64,000 nt of DNA, from contig JAUSGQ010000006.1 of the NCBI GenBank assembly GCA_030674455.1, positions 15,654 through 79,653 on the forward strand, given 5' to 3'. Numbering within the stretch: position 1 is the stretch's first letter; each line of letters opens with the position of its first letter. The notes beneath the pieces were generated by a model. The model was given only the letters and a program-made list of their open reading frames with translations. It searched no databases and had not been told where the DNA came from. Below, in pieces: positions 1-10,850 of this stretch. The translations under genes and the position numbers were made by a program. The DNA comes from a bacterium. Its GTDB lineage: Bacteria; Patescibacteriota; Minisyncoccia; Phycocordibacterales; UBA2100.

Positions 1-72
1 TTAATCCCGAGGTGAGTCCTCGGCTCCGAGAGGTCTCTCCCTCGGGTGACTTCGGAGAAGAGTCATGTATCC

Positions 73-442
73 AAGGTTAAACCTTAATAATCCCCAAGGT
101 TTAACCTTGAATACCCCTAAATTTGCTACCGGCTACCGAAAAGTCTCCCCTCGGAATAATTGTGCCTGTCCCCCTTGTCCCCGCTCTACCAACACTATTT
201 GCAGATGGGCGGCGCGAGCGTCATTCCGTGCCCCGCAGTTGCCACAGGCGCGGATTGCGCCCAGCGATATCTCTTTGAATTCGGATACATTACTTTCCCG
301 CTTATGTCCTTCACCATTTTCGCATTTCTTATCATTGTGATGCTGTTTGTACGGAATCGTAAAGTCTAAATTGGACATCGGATGTCCAATTTAGAAGGCA
401 TTTAAGGTTAAACCTTTAAAATCCCCAAGGTTTAACCTTGAA
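73..442. repeat. Two direct copies (73-111, 404-442) of a double-palindrome unit AAGGTTAAACCTT-n5-TCCCCAAGGTTTAACCTTGAA
   Basis: Near-identical 39-bp units read directly; an extra hairpin AAATTGGACATCGGATGTCCAATTT lies at 368-392. Confidence 0.85.
160..369 (+). pseudogene. C-terminal remnant of a DsbB-like disulfide bond formation protein
   Basis: LYQHYLQ..C..C..YLFEFGYITFPLMSF resembles the DsbB/BdbC C-terminal half; in-frame TAA at 157-159 and no N-terminal CxxC half. Confidence 0.55.
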
Positions 443-451
443 GCGTGAAAA

Positions 452-2134
452 CTACCGTTTCAAAATACTCCGTTCAATATCCGCGATAGTTCCGCCGACT
501 TTCTTTCCGGGGTTCAGGATGTTGAGCGGGTCGAAAATCTTTTTCACCTGCGCAAAAATCTCACACATCTTATCTCCGAACATAATGCGCAGATACGGCG
601 TGCGGATGATTCCGTCGTTGTGCTCGCCGTCTATCGAGCCGTGGTATTTTGCCACCAACTCGTACACTTTCGGTTGAAGTTCGAGGATTGCCTTTTTGCT
701 CTCGGGCTTGTTCAAGTCCATGAGCGGAATGATGTGAAAATTTCCTTCGCCCGCGTGTCCCGCTATCGTGTAGATAAGGTTGTAGTTAGCAAGCAGCTTA
801 TTAAGTTCCGGCAGGAATGTCGGGTAGTCATCGGGATGCACGACGATGTCGTCGATGAAAGGCGAGGCGTAGAGGCCTTTAAGATTCTTGCGCAGAAGAG
901 CGAAACTCTCGCGCCGGATTGTCCAGTATTTTGCCGCCTGCGTTTCGCTTTTGGCGATTCTCGCGCGCATGGCGAGTCCGTGAAGAGCTCTCTGCGCGGC
1001 TTCTGCTTGGAACAGTGCGTCATGCGGAGTTTCAGCGGCAAATTCTGCCATGAGGACGAGCTTCGGCACTCCTCCAAAAAGAACCATCATCATTTCAGGA
1101 ACGAACGCGATGCCGAGCTTTATCATCTGTACGATTCCGAAATGTCCGATTATCTGCGGAATGAATCGCACGGCGAGTTTGAAGGTTTGGTCGTCGTAGG
1201 ATTCAAATGATTCCGGATTGAACTTCAGAACCCGATGCACGATTTCCGGCAGGATGCCGATATCGGAAAGAAAGACAACGAGCATCGCGCGGTGCGGCTC
1301 TTTATGCACGAGCCCCATTTTTGCTTTTGTCACGAATGCGAGAGTGCCTTGCGAACCGGCGATGAGTTGCGTGAGGTCAAATGTATTTTGCTTTTTGTCA
1401 TAGACGTTCCACAAGGCATAGCCCGCGGAATTCTTCGCAACGGTAGGCCGTGCCTTCTCGATTTCCTCGGCGTTGTTTGTTATGAGCTCGTGGATTTCGC
1501 GGTAGATAGAACCTTCCAGGGATTGCTGCGCTTCTTTTACTTTGAGTTCATTTGCAGAGAGCGGGTGCAGTGTTGCGCGCGAGCCGTCGGAGAGCACGAC
1601 ATCAAGTTCCCTGATGTAGCGATTTGTTTTTCCATACTGGAGCGTCAATTCGCCGCCGGAATTGTTGTTTATCATTCCGCCCAGAGCGCATATTTCGCGC
1701 GAGGCGGGGAACGAGGGAAGAATCTCTCCTTTGTGCGCCAGAGTCGCTTTCTCAAAATCGCGATAGTAGACGCCAGGCTCGGTGACCGCGAAGTCATCGG
1801 TTATTTCGCCGATATGGTTCATGTACTTCGTAAAGACGAGCGAGACGGAATCGGTCAGGTCGCCTCCCGACATGTCCGTGCCGGCCGAACGCGCGGCTAC
1901 GGAGATTTTGTCGCCGTGCATTTTTGCCTCGTGAACGTAATGTAGAACGGCGGAAACATCATCGGCGTTTTTCGGATATACGACAATTTTTGGCGTGCGC
2001 TCAAAAATGCTCGTATCACGACTGTATTTTTTCAGGGTTTCTGCGTCGTCGGCGGTTTCCACATCGAGTAGCGTGGCGAAACGATGCCGGAGAGTGTCAT
2101 GGCGGGAAATGGGTCGAGCGCCTACGAAGGTCAT
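452..2134 (-). CDS. FAD-binding oxidoreductase (GlcD/D-lactate dehydrogenase-like)
   Basis: ARSAGTDMSGG FAD loop, GSQGTLA, HAGEGNFH, GEHNDG, FDPLNILNPGK; ATG at 2134 chosen from upstream TACTAT. Confidence 0.9.
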   Translation of the reverse strand: MTFVGARPISRHDTLRHRFATLLDVETADDAETLKKYSRDTSIFERTPKIVVYPKNADDVSAVLHYVHEAKMHGDKISVAARSAGTDMSGGDLTDSVSLVFTKYMNHIGEITDDFAVTEPGVYYRDFEKATLAHKGEILPSFPASREICALGGMINNNSGGELTLQYGKTNRYIRELDVVLSDGSRATLHPLSANELKVKEAQQSLEGSIYREIHELITNNAEEIEKARPTVAKNSAGYALWNVYDKKQNTFDLTQLIAGSQGTLAFVTKAKMGLVHKEPHRAMLVVFLSDIGILPEIVHRVLKFNPESFESYDDQTFKLAVRFIPQIIGHFGIVQMIKLGIAFVPEMMMVLFGGVPKLVLMAEFAAETPHDALFQAEAAQRALHGLAMRARIAKSETQAAKYWTIRRESFALLRKNLKGLYASPFIDDIVVHPDDYPTFLPELNKLLANYNLIYTIAGHAGEGNFHIIPLMDLNKPESKKAILELQPKVYELVAKYHGSIDGEHNDGIIRTPYLRIMFGDKMCEIFAQVKKIFDPLNILNPGKKVGGTIADIERSILKR

Positions 2135-2209
2135 CGCTAATATAGTAGCATCCAAAATTGAAGTGTGTGCTAAAATATACTCATTATAATTAACAACTAT
2201 TCATACACT

Positions 2210-2272
2210 ATGGCAAAAGGAAATAATTCCCAGAGAAAGGAGGCCAAGAAGCCGAAGAAGAATAAGAAATAG
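2210..2272 (+). CDS. 20-aa Lys-rich micropeptide MAKGNNSQRKEAKKPKKNKK
   Basis: ATG..TAG read manually; -10-like hexamers upstream; hairpin GCGCGTCCGCCA-TGGCGGACGCGC downstream. Confidence 0.55.
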   Translation: MAKGNNSQRKEAKKPKKNKK

Positions 2273-2312
2273 GAACAAGCGCGTCCGCCACCTGGCGGAC
2301 GCGCTGGCTAAT

Positions 2313-2567
2313 ATGAACAGGGAAATAAAACGAGCGCTCGTTCTATCCGCAGGGGTAATCTTTTTAATACTTGGTGTGGTAGGCCTCGGCACGCCGTTTC
2401 TTCAGGGCATTCTATTTATTGCAATAGGATTGACGCTACTTTCTATCGCGTCGGTAAAGGCGCGCAGATGGATCGAATTGCACACGAAGCGTTTTCCGAG
2501 AATTCAATCAGTAGTCCAGAAAATCGAAAAGCAGCTGAACGCTCTTATTGGTGGATTTCGAGATTAG
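2313..2567 (+). CDS. Small membrane protein (PGPGW/DUF454-like)
   Basis: Two TM helices with GxxGLxxPFLQG motif. Confidence 0.7.
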   Translation: MNREIKRALVLSAGVIFLILGVVGLGTPFLQGILFIAIGLTLLSIASVKARRWIELHTKRFPRIQSVVQKIEKQLNALIGGFRD

Positions 2568-2618
2568 CTATAAGAGCGCGCCCTTTTTGGGGAGGTGCCA
2601 CAAAATATGGATATTGAA

Positions 2619-4082
2619 CTATTGCACTGCGTTCAGCTTCGCGCGCGTGTTTGGGCCGACTGTGCCGTATCCGGTTTTTCCCTTTTTCGCAACACCGTAT
2701 TTCTCCTGAAAAAGCCCGACTGCTTTTTCCGTAGCAGGACCATAAAAACCTGTAACGGCTCCTGCCGGATAGATTGCGGGATATAGCGCGAGAAATTTCT
2801 GCAATGCCGTCACATCCGCATTTCTAGAACCGCGCATGAGCGGGCGGCTGAAAATATATTTCAATGAATTTGCCTTGGCTGGAGGAAGTTGCCCTTGCGT
2901 CGTTGTGGCCGAGGAAGATGATGCTACAGAAGCGGAAGGCGATTGAGATTTAGTCGGTGAAGAAAGAACAGTTCCCGCGGGATAAACAGTAATGTTCAAT
3001 GTGCGCGATGATGTTACGAAATATGTCCCGTTAGAATCTTGGGGCATAAGCATTGCTTCGAGGCTGAAGCTGTAACCGTTGGCGTTAGCAATTGAAACGG
3101 TAGTCGTGCCGGATGGCGCAAGCGGCGCCGCAAACGCTTGCGTTCCGCAAGGAAGTTTTATCTTTGTTGTTGAACTGACGGCGAATACAGAGATGCCTTC
3201 TTGGCAGGAGAATTTGATGTTAGCCCCTGCACTATTCTGCGTTGCCCACGAAAAATCGACTGAATCGTTTGATACCAGGCGTGCGACCGAGCTTTTAAAC
3301 TCACTCGCAGAAGGACTCGCCGGCATCTGCGCTCCGAGAACCGTGAAGTCCGCAGAAAGCGAATGTGTCGCATCGTAAATATTTCCTCCGATATCCGGCA
3401 GGACAGTGACTCTCATGGAAACTGGCGTGCGCGACGAATTTATGGGATACACGATAAGGGATCCGGAAATCGCCTTGTCTTGTGAGAATGCCGGTTTTCC
3501 GCATGGGAGTGAATCTGTGCCGGAAGCTGAAGTGCGGACGCGGATTGATTCCGCGCATCCGAACTGGACATTTACGCCGCCTGCGTCGACGCCTTTCCAC
3601 GTGAGTGTCAGGGGTGCCCCCGAGGCAATTGATGTGCTCGATAGCGAGAAATCAATGATTGGTTGCGCTGACGTTTGAACTGAAAGTGTGAGATTAGCGG
3701 TAACCCCGTTATAACGAACTCCCGAAGCGTCTTTTGGATAAAGCGTCACGGGAACATTTTGCGAAACACCGCTTACGTTGATAATGGTGAATCCGGCCGC
3801 ATCCAAAGGATTTCCGCTTACCGATTGCCGCGTTTTGCACGGAAAACTGGAACCGCTGACATTCTTAATAGTTACGCCCTGGGGACAATTGAAGTAAATT
3901 TCTTGTCCGGCGCTGTTTGATATATTCCATGAAATCGACGTGGACCAATTGTTGGGCAGTGATTGCGGATTGGCAGTGAAAGAATTTACTATTGGAGCAT
4001 CCGCGAGCGCGGCTTCCGCCGAAATCACAGAGAGGAAAACAATACCAAGGAGAATTCTTGTTCGTGCATGGCCTCGTGACAT
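2619..4082 (-). CDS. Secreted beta-rich repeat protein with C-terminal peptidoglycan-binding domain
   Basis: Signal peptide; three Cys-pair Ig-like repeats; LMRGSRNADVTALQKFL..TGFYGPATEKAV..GTVGPNTRAKLN. Confidence 0.85.
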   Translation of the reverse strand: MSRGHARTRILLGIVFLSVISAEAALADAPIVNSFTANPQSLPNNWSTSISWNISNSAGQEIYFNCPQGVTIKNVSGSSFPCKTRQSVSGNPLDAAGFTIINVSGVSQNVPVTLYPKDASGVRYNGVTANLTLSVQTSAQPIIDFSLSSTSIASGAPLTLTWKGVDAGGVNVQFGCAESIRVRTSASGTDSLPCGKPAFSQDKAISGSLIVYPINSSRTPVSMRVTVLPDIGGNIYDATHSLSADFTVLGAQMPASPSASEFKSSVARLVSNDSVDFSWATQNSAGANIKFSCQEGISVFAVSSTTKIKLPCGTQAFAAPLAPSGTTTVSIANANGYSFSLEAMLMPQDSNGTYFVTSSRTLNITVYPAGTVLSSPTKSQSPSASVASSSSATTTQGQLPPAKANSLKYIFSRPLMRGSRNADVTALQKFLALYPAIYPAGAVTGFYGPATEKAVGLFQEKYGVAKKGKTGYGTVGPNTRAKLNAVQ

Positions 4083-4216
4083 ATAGTAAGAGTGTAATGC
4101 GCATAGCAGAGAGTGGCAACGCGCTAGGGTGCGTTAGCCGCGAGCGCGCTCTATCTATTTGAATCAAAATACTGTAAGTTCTTCAGATGAATTATTCGAA
4201 ATTGAACTAACCGGGT

Positions 4217-5800
<1,584 letters not shown>

Positions 5801-5904
5801 GGATTATATTGACAGCCTGATAATTGTAATATTAACTCCGCCCAGGGTTTGAAAATCAAACTGATTTTTTAAGCTGTTCATTTCCTAATCTGAAGGAGAA
5901 TGGG

Positions 5905-6234
5905 ATGTCGAAAAAGATTGTGGCAGATAGGGTCATTAGAATTGCGTTGTCGGCAGCGCGCCCGAAAAGTCAGCCGCTATGCCAGAGCGTCAAGCTTTCA
6001 GGAGAATATGTGGAATATTACAATTTCCTGAGAGAGAACGGGTTTGAAAACAGCTCGCTAATGCTGAAACTCGGCAAGAAACTACTGGCATTTGTGGTTG
6101 CACAAGACCAGCTTGGCAGAGCAATTCTCGTCGGACCCAACGACGCGCATGTACCAGAAGATACGACCCTAATTGAGGCGCTAAATCTGGGACCCGATAG
6201 CAAGAAGAGGGTCGCAAAACGGAGCGCGGAATGA
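5905..6234 (+). CDS. Hypothetical protein
   Basis: TTGACA promoter at 5809, SD GAAGGAG, terminator-like hairpin 6276-6297. Confidence 0.65.
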   Translation: MSKKIVADRVIRIALSAARPKSQPLCQSVKLSGEYVEYYNFLRENGFENSSLMLKLGKKLLAFVVAQDQLGRAILVGPNDAHVPEDTTLIEALNLGPDSKKRVAKRSAE

Positions 6235-6300
6235 TGCGAGTTTGTTTCGGGTCGGAGCAGACAGACGCCCGGTGGAAACCCAGTCCACCGGGTTTTCATT

Positions 6301-7095
6301 TTAAAACCCCAGCGCTTTCAGGAAATCTTGCAATTCTTTTCCCTGAATAGGGCGGTGTTCGCCTGGCTGTAGGTGGCCCAGTTTTACATTCATAATTCTT
6401 TTTCTTTCAATTCCGGATGCGTCGAGGCCGAAGACTCCGCACATTCTTCTTATCTGATGCTTCTTGCCTTCGGTGAGTGTTATCGAAAATTTGTTATAGC
6501 TTAAGAGTTCAATTTTGCATGGCTTGGTTACGTAGCCGCCGATATCTATCCCTTTTTCCATTTTCTCTTTGAAATCAGCGGACAAGTTTGTGGTACAAGT
6601 GACCCAGTATTCTTTTTCATGCACGAAGTCGGGATTAAGAAGCGGGTCTACGATTCTTCCGTCGTCGGTGAGAATAATTAATCCGAACGAATCCTTGTCC
6701 AATCGGCCGACTGGGAAGACGTTCTTGAGATTCTTCGGCAATATCATCGCAATATCTTCTTCCTTTTCGCCCCGTCTACACGGCGAATCAGCAGATTCGT
6801 GGCTTGGCCTGCCGATACCCGCCTTATCGGCCTGCGGGGAGTGAGTGATAATTCCTCGCGGTTTGTTGTAGGCGTAGTACCTGCAATTCTTCGCGCGCCA
6901 TTTCACATCCACGACATCTTTCTCGGTAATTTTATCGCCAAGCACCGCAACTCTTCCATTGATAAAAACTTTGCCCTGTTTTATCACTTCATCCGCCTCG
7001 CGCCGCGTGCAGTACTTCTTAGAAGCGAGGTACTTATTAATCCGCATTGGGTATGCGGGCTTGATGATTGAGGGAGTCGGTTTATTGTTGGCCAT
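6301..7095 (-). CDS. rRNA pseudouridine synthase (RsuA/RluB/RluF family) with S4 domain
   Basis: MRINKYLA..TRREAD, YNKPRG, FPVGRLDKDS, LTEGKKHQIRRM; ATG at 7095 follows TATACT. Confidence 0.93.
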   Translation of the reverse strand: MANNKPTPSIIKPAYPMRINKYLASKKYCTRREADEVIKQGKVFINGRVAVLGDKITEKDVVDVKWRAKNCRYYAYNKPRGIITHSPQADKAGIGRPSHESADSPCRRGEKEEDIAMILPKNLKNVFPVGRLDKDSFGLIILTDDGRIVDPLLNPDFVHEKEYWVTCTTNLSADFKEKMEKGIDIGGYVTKPCKIELLSYNKFSITLTEGKKHQIRRMCGVFGLDASGIERKRIMNVKLGHLQPGEHRPIQGKELQDFLKALGF

Positions 7096-7139
7096 GCAGA
7101 AGAGTATAGGCATTTCAGATTTATCCACAACTCCAGAAT

Positions 7140-7168
7140 ATTCCAACATTCTCAAGAATGTTGGAATA
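7140..7168. repeat. Palindrome A (ATTCCAACATTCTCAAGAATGTTGGAAT); other copies at 7460-7490, 9688-9756 (interrupted) and 26981-27013
   Basis: Four copies read directly. Confidence 0.9.
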
Positions 7169-7191
7169 TCATACAATAGACGGACAGCAGT

Positions 7192-7476
7192 ATGAATTCG
7201 GTTAAGACATCAAAACAAATGGAGCGGCATTTTAAGGGCATCGCTAATCACTGGCGAATCGACATCATTCAAATCGTTCGCAACCACCCAGGCATCACTG
7301 TCGACGGAATAGCTGAAATTGCCAACGGAAACTTCAAGACTATTTCGGAACATACGCGCCGTCTCGTGCATGCTGGTCTCATCAATAAGGAATATTCAGG
7401 GAGGTCTGTTACGCACACCTTATCTCCATATGGAAAAATCTTTTCGCGCTTTATAGAAACATTCCAACATTCTTGA
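7192..7476 (+). CDS. ArsR/SmtB-like winged-helix protein
   Basis: HFKGIANHWRIDII..NFKTISEHTRRLVHAGLI. Confidence 0.85.
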   Translation: MNSVKTSKQMERHFKGIANHWRIDIIQIVRNHPGITVDGIAEIANGNFKTISEHTRRLVHAGLINKEYSGRSVTHTLSPYGKIFSRFIETFQHS

Positions 7477-7535
7477 GAATGTTGGAATGTTCTGTGACAG
7501 TGAAATATTTTGTTCAAGAATGTTAAAGTAACTAC

Positions 7536-8435
7536 ATGTCGCTCATGACAGAGCCAAGAAAAGGTGAGTGGCTCATATTTTCCAATGCAATATTGTGGGC
7601 ATTTTTTCCTGTCATTACGGCTCTCACGTACCGCTCCATCGGGGGAGCGGTATCTCTTTTGTTGAGTACTGTCATTACGCTGCTCTTTTTTACCGCGGTA
7701 ATGTTTTACAGGCGAAAATGGAGAGAATTAAAAAATGCACTGCTATGGAAGTATGGGTTGCTGACAGCGATTTTCATCGGAGTTTTGTATTACTCATTAA
7801 TTTTTATCGGACTGGAAACAACTTCACCCGGCAACGTGGCAATTCTGCTCCTGTGCGAAGTACTCACTTCCTTCTTGCTTTTTAATGTTTACAAAAAAGA
7901 AGCATTTCCCTCCGAGTACATTGTCGGGGCGATTCTAATGGTAATGGGAGCCGGAATTATACTCGTACGCGATTTCTCGGGAATTAACATGGGTGATTTA
8001 TTTGTGCTTGCCGCCACATTCTTCGCTCCAATCGGAAATGTATATCAGCAAAAGGCACGCACCATTGCATCAAGCGAATCGATTATGTTTCTGCGAGTCC
8101 TGCTTACAATTCCTGCGCTCGCTGTCCTCGCATATTTCCTCGGAGCGCCTACGTCCCTTGCAGATTTGCGCGCATCGCTCCCATTTTTGCTGATTAACGG
8201 AATTCTTGTACTCGGTCTCTCAAAAATATTATGGATTGAAGCAATACATCGAATATCCGTGACGAAGGGTGTAGCGCTCGGCAGCATCGCTCCTTTTTTG
8301 ACGCTTATCATAGCGTGGGCAATCTTGAAGCAAGTTCCAAGCGTGTGGCAGATTGTGTCCCTCGTTCCGCTCACTCTCGGTGTTTTGCTTTTGACGGATA
8401 ATTTGAAACGCACTCATCTTTCTTATCGACAGTAA
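7536..8435 (+). CDS. EamA/DMT family transporter
   Basis: About 10 TM helices in two EamA repeats. Confidence 0.85.
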   Translation: MSLMTEPRKGEWLIFSNAILWAFFPVITALTYRSIGGAVSLLLSTVITLLFFTAVMFYRRKWRELKNALLWKYGLLTAIFIGVLYYSLIFIGLETTSPGNVAILLLCEVLTSFLLFNVYKKEAFPSEYIVGAILMVMGAGIILVRDFSGINMGDLFVLAATFFAPIGNVYQQKARTIASSESIMFLRVLLTIPALAVLAYFLGAPTSLADLRASLPFLLINGILVLGLSKILWIEAIHRISVTKGVALGSIAPFLTLIIAWAILKQVPSVWQIVSLVPLTLGVLLLTDNLKRTHLSYRQ

Positions 8436-8518
8436 TCGGGGAGGGTGGCCTACCGCAAGCTTTAGCCGAGTGGGGATAATTGCGGAGTCTGTATCCATGA
8501 GGTATATAATGCCGGCAT

Positions 8519-9421
8519 ATGGATTTCATGTCGCCACAGAGTTTTGTTCCGCAGGCGGCGGCTCCTGTTGCCAAGATTGGCAAGTGGAAGGCAAGCAAGA
8601 TGGTTGTTAGAGAATCGTGGACACTGCTCAAGAAAGACAAGGAAATTTTATGGTTCCCAATTCTTTCTGCAATCCTGGTTCTTGCAGCGTATGTCGTTAT
8701 CGGCGCGGTCTACTTTTTTTATGTTTTAAATGGCAGTTTCGCGAGTCTCGAGACCGCGGATTATAAAACGGACTATGTTTCGTATGCTTTTTTGTTTGTG
8801 AGCTACATTATCTCGTTTCTCATCGTCAATTTCTTTCAGGCCGGAATCATGATAATTGTCCATGGGCGATTCAATGGTCAGGATTTGGGATTTGGCGACG
8901 GTATCCGCGGAGCTTCGGACAAAATCGGCAAGATATTTGTATGGTCTATCATTTCGGCGACTGTCGGAATCATTCTTGCTCAGATTTCTAATCGGTCGAA
9001 AACGCTCGGGAAAATAGTCGCGGCGCTTTTCGGCGCGGCATGGACAATTCTTACATTCTTTAGTTTACCGGCGCTCGTCATTGGCAACGCCACGATTAAG
9101 GAATCTTTTCTCGAGTCCGCTTCGGTGATTCGAAAGACATGGGGCGAAACTATCATTGTTTCGGTTGGGGTCGGCCTTTTCTTTGCACTCTTGATAATTG
9201 CGGGTTTCGTTCTAGTTCTCATTGCGTCCATTCTCTTTGGCGACCTAATTATTGCCATTGTTCTTGGGGTCCTTTTTGTCTTGTACATTATTGTCCTTGC
9301 AGTTATCTCTTCCGCCCTCAGCTCTATCTTCAAACTCGCTCTTTATGAATATGCAAAAACTGGGAATGTACCCCAGGGTTTTTCTCAGGATTTGATTCAA
9401 AATGCGATTGTCAAAAAATAA
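8519..9421 (+). CDS. Integral membrane protein (DUF6159-like)
   Basis: SWTLLKKDKEILWFP..SASVIRKTWGE..ALYEYAKTG pattern, about 6 TM helices. Confidence 0.75.
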   Translation: MDFMSPQSFVPQAAAPVAKIGKWKASKMVVRESWTLLKKDKEILWFPILSAILVLAAYVVIGAVYFFYVLNGSFASLETADYKTDYVSYAFLFVSYIISFLIVNFFQAGIMIIVHGRFNGQDLGFGDGIRGASDKIGKIFVWSIISATVGIILAQISNRSKTLGKIVAALFGAAWTILTFFSLPALVIGNATIKESFLESASVIRKTWGETIIVSVGVGLFFALLIIAGFVLVLIASILFGDLIIAIVLGVLFVLYIIVLAVISSALSSIFKLALYEYAKTGNVPQGFSQDLIQNAIVKK

Positions 9422-9683
9422 CAATACGCCGTTACGCTATTTCACTTACATTCTCGAATGTGCCGACAAGACGCTCTACGTCGGATGCACGAATAATCTT
9501 GAGAAAAGATTGCGCGAACACAATGGCGCGAAAAACGGCGCGCACTACACCAAAATCCGCCGGCCGGTGATTCTGAAACATTCCGAGAAATTTCGCTCGC
9601 TCGCAAAAGCGCGGGCTCGCGAAGCAGAGATTAAGCGGTGGACGCGAAAACAAAAAATTGCTTTTCTGCGCAAGAATTCTTGA
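9402..9683 (+). CDS. Small GIY-YIG nuclease family protein (UPF0213-like)
   Basis: YFTYILECADKTLYVGCTNNLEKRLREHN..AHYTKIRRP..REAEIK; start uncertain. Confidence 0.88.
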   Translation: MRLSKNNNTPLRYFTYILECADKTLYVGCTNNLEKRLREHNGAKNGAHYTKIRRPVILKHSEKFRSLAKARAREAEIKRWTRKQKIAFLRKNS

Positions 9684-9788
9684 AATAGGACATTCTCACA
9701 TTCCGTCTGCAGGTGCCGATAACGAATCTATCGGCCTCAAGAATGTTGGAATGTCCTAAATCGTGCTCAATCGTGATAGCATGCTGAA

Positions 9789-10772
9789 ATGCTCGTAGAT
9801 GAAGTAACAATAAGATTGCACGCCGGAAATGGCGGCCGCGGGGCGGTCGCTTTCAATAAGGTCAAACTATCGCAGGGTCCGGTGGGCGGCGATGGAGGCA
9901 ACGGCGGCAACGTCTATTTTGAAGGCATTTCCAACATCAATGCGCTCATGTCATACGCGAGCAACAAAGTAATGAAAGCCGAAGATGGCAAGAACGGGCG
10001 CGGCCAATTTTTGGATGGACGACGCGGAGAAGACCTCGTCCTGAAAATTCCTACAGGAACCACCATCACAAATCTTGGCACCGGATACAAGCAGGAAATG
10101 GTAAACGTCGGTCAGAGGATATTGGCGGCAGGCGGAGGCATGGGCGGAAAAGGGAATTTCAAATATCGTTCTGCAATAAACACGACGCCGATGCAATTTC
10201 AGGAAGGTCTTGCCGGCGACGTTTGCGAATATCACCTTGAGCTCCGGCTTATCGCCGATGTCGGCCTCGTCGGTTTGCCCAATGCGGGGAAGTCGAGTCT
10301 CCTCAATGAACTTACGGCGGCCAAAGTTAAGGTTGCGAATTACGCGTTCACGACGCTTGAGCCGCACTTAGGCGCGTACTACGAACTCATCATCGCCGAT
10401 ATTCCGGGGCTCATTGAAGGCGCGTCGGCGGGGAAGGGACTCGGCGTTAAATTTCTCAAGCATATCGAAAGAACCACCACGATATTCCATTTGATATCCG
10501 CGGAGTCGGAAGACCCCGCGCGGGATTACGAAATAATCCGCAATGAGCTTGAAGTCCACAATCCGCTTCTCTCGATAAAAACGGAATATGTATTTCTCAC
10601 CAAGACCGATGCAGTTGCTCCGAAAGTCGTGAAAGATAAAGTCGCTGCTTTGAAGAAAATCGGATTAAAGCCGATTTCAATCTCCATTTTGGAAAACGAG
10701 ACACTCGATGAGGTGAAAAAGATACTCAATAAAATAAAGTCTGAGAAGTTGAAATCAGTCGCAGAGCAATAA
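9789..10772 (+). CDS. obgE: GTPase Obg/CgtA
   Basis: Gly-rich Obg fold, GLPNAGKSS, YAFTTL, DIPGLIEGA, TKTD. Confidence 0.97.
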   Translation: MLVDEVTIRLHAGNGGRGAVAFNKVKLSQGPVGGDGGNGGNVYFEGISNINALMSYASNKVMKAEDGKNGRGQFLDGRRGEDLVLKIPTGTTITNLGTGYKQEMVNVGQRILAAGGGMGGKGNFKYRSAINTTPMQFQEGLAGDVCEYHLELRLIADVGLVGLPNAGKSSLLNELTAAKVKVANYAFTTLEPHLGAYYELIIADIPGLIEGASAGKGLGVKFLKHIERTTTIFHLISAESEDPARDYEIIRNELEVHNPLLSIKTEYVFLTKTDAVAPKVVKDKVAALKKIGLKPISISILENETLDEVKKILNKIKSEKLKSVAEQ

Positions 10773-10782
10773 CACCAGATTC

Positions 10783-10826
10783 CAAGGGTAGTCCTTGGAG
10801 AGTGATTCCTAAGGACTACCCTTGGA
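10783..10826. terminator. Hairpin between convergent genes (CAAGGGTAGTCCTTGGA..TCCTAAGGACTACCCTTG)
   Basis: Inverted repeat; related layout with a GTGATTC loop at 24899-24938. Confidence 0.6.
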
Positions 10827-10850
10827 ATCAAAAGCTTTCGAGATGCTCTC

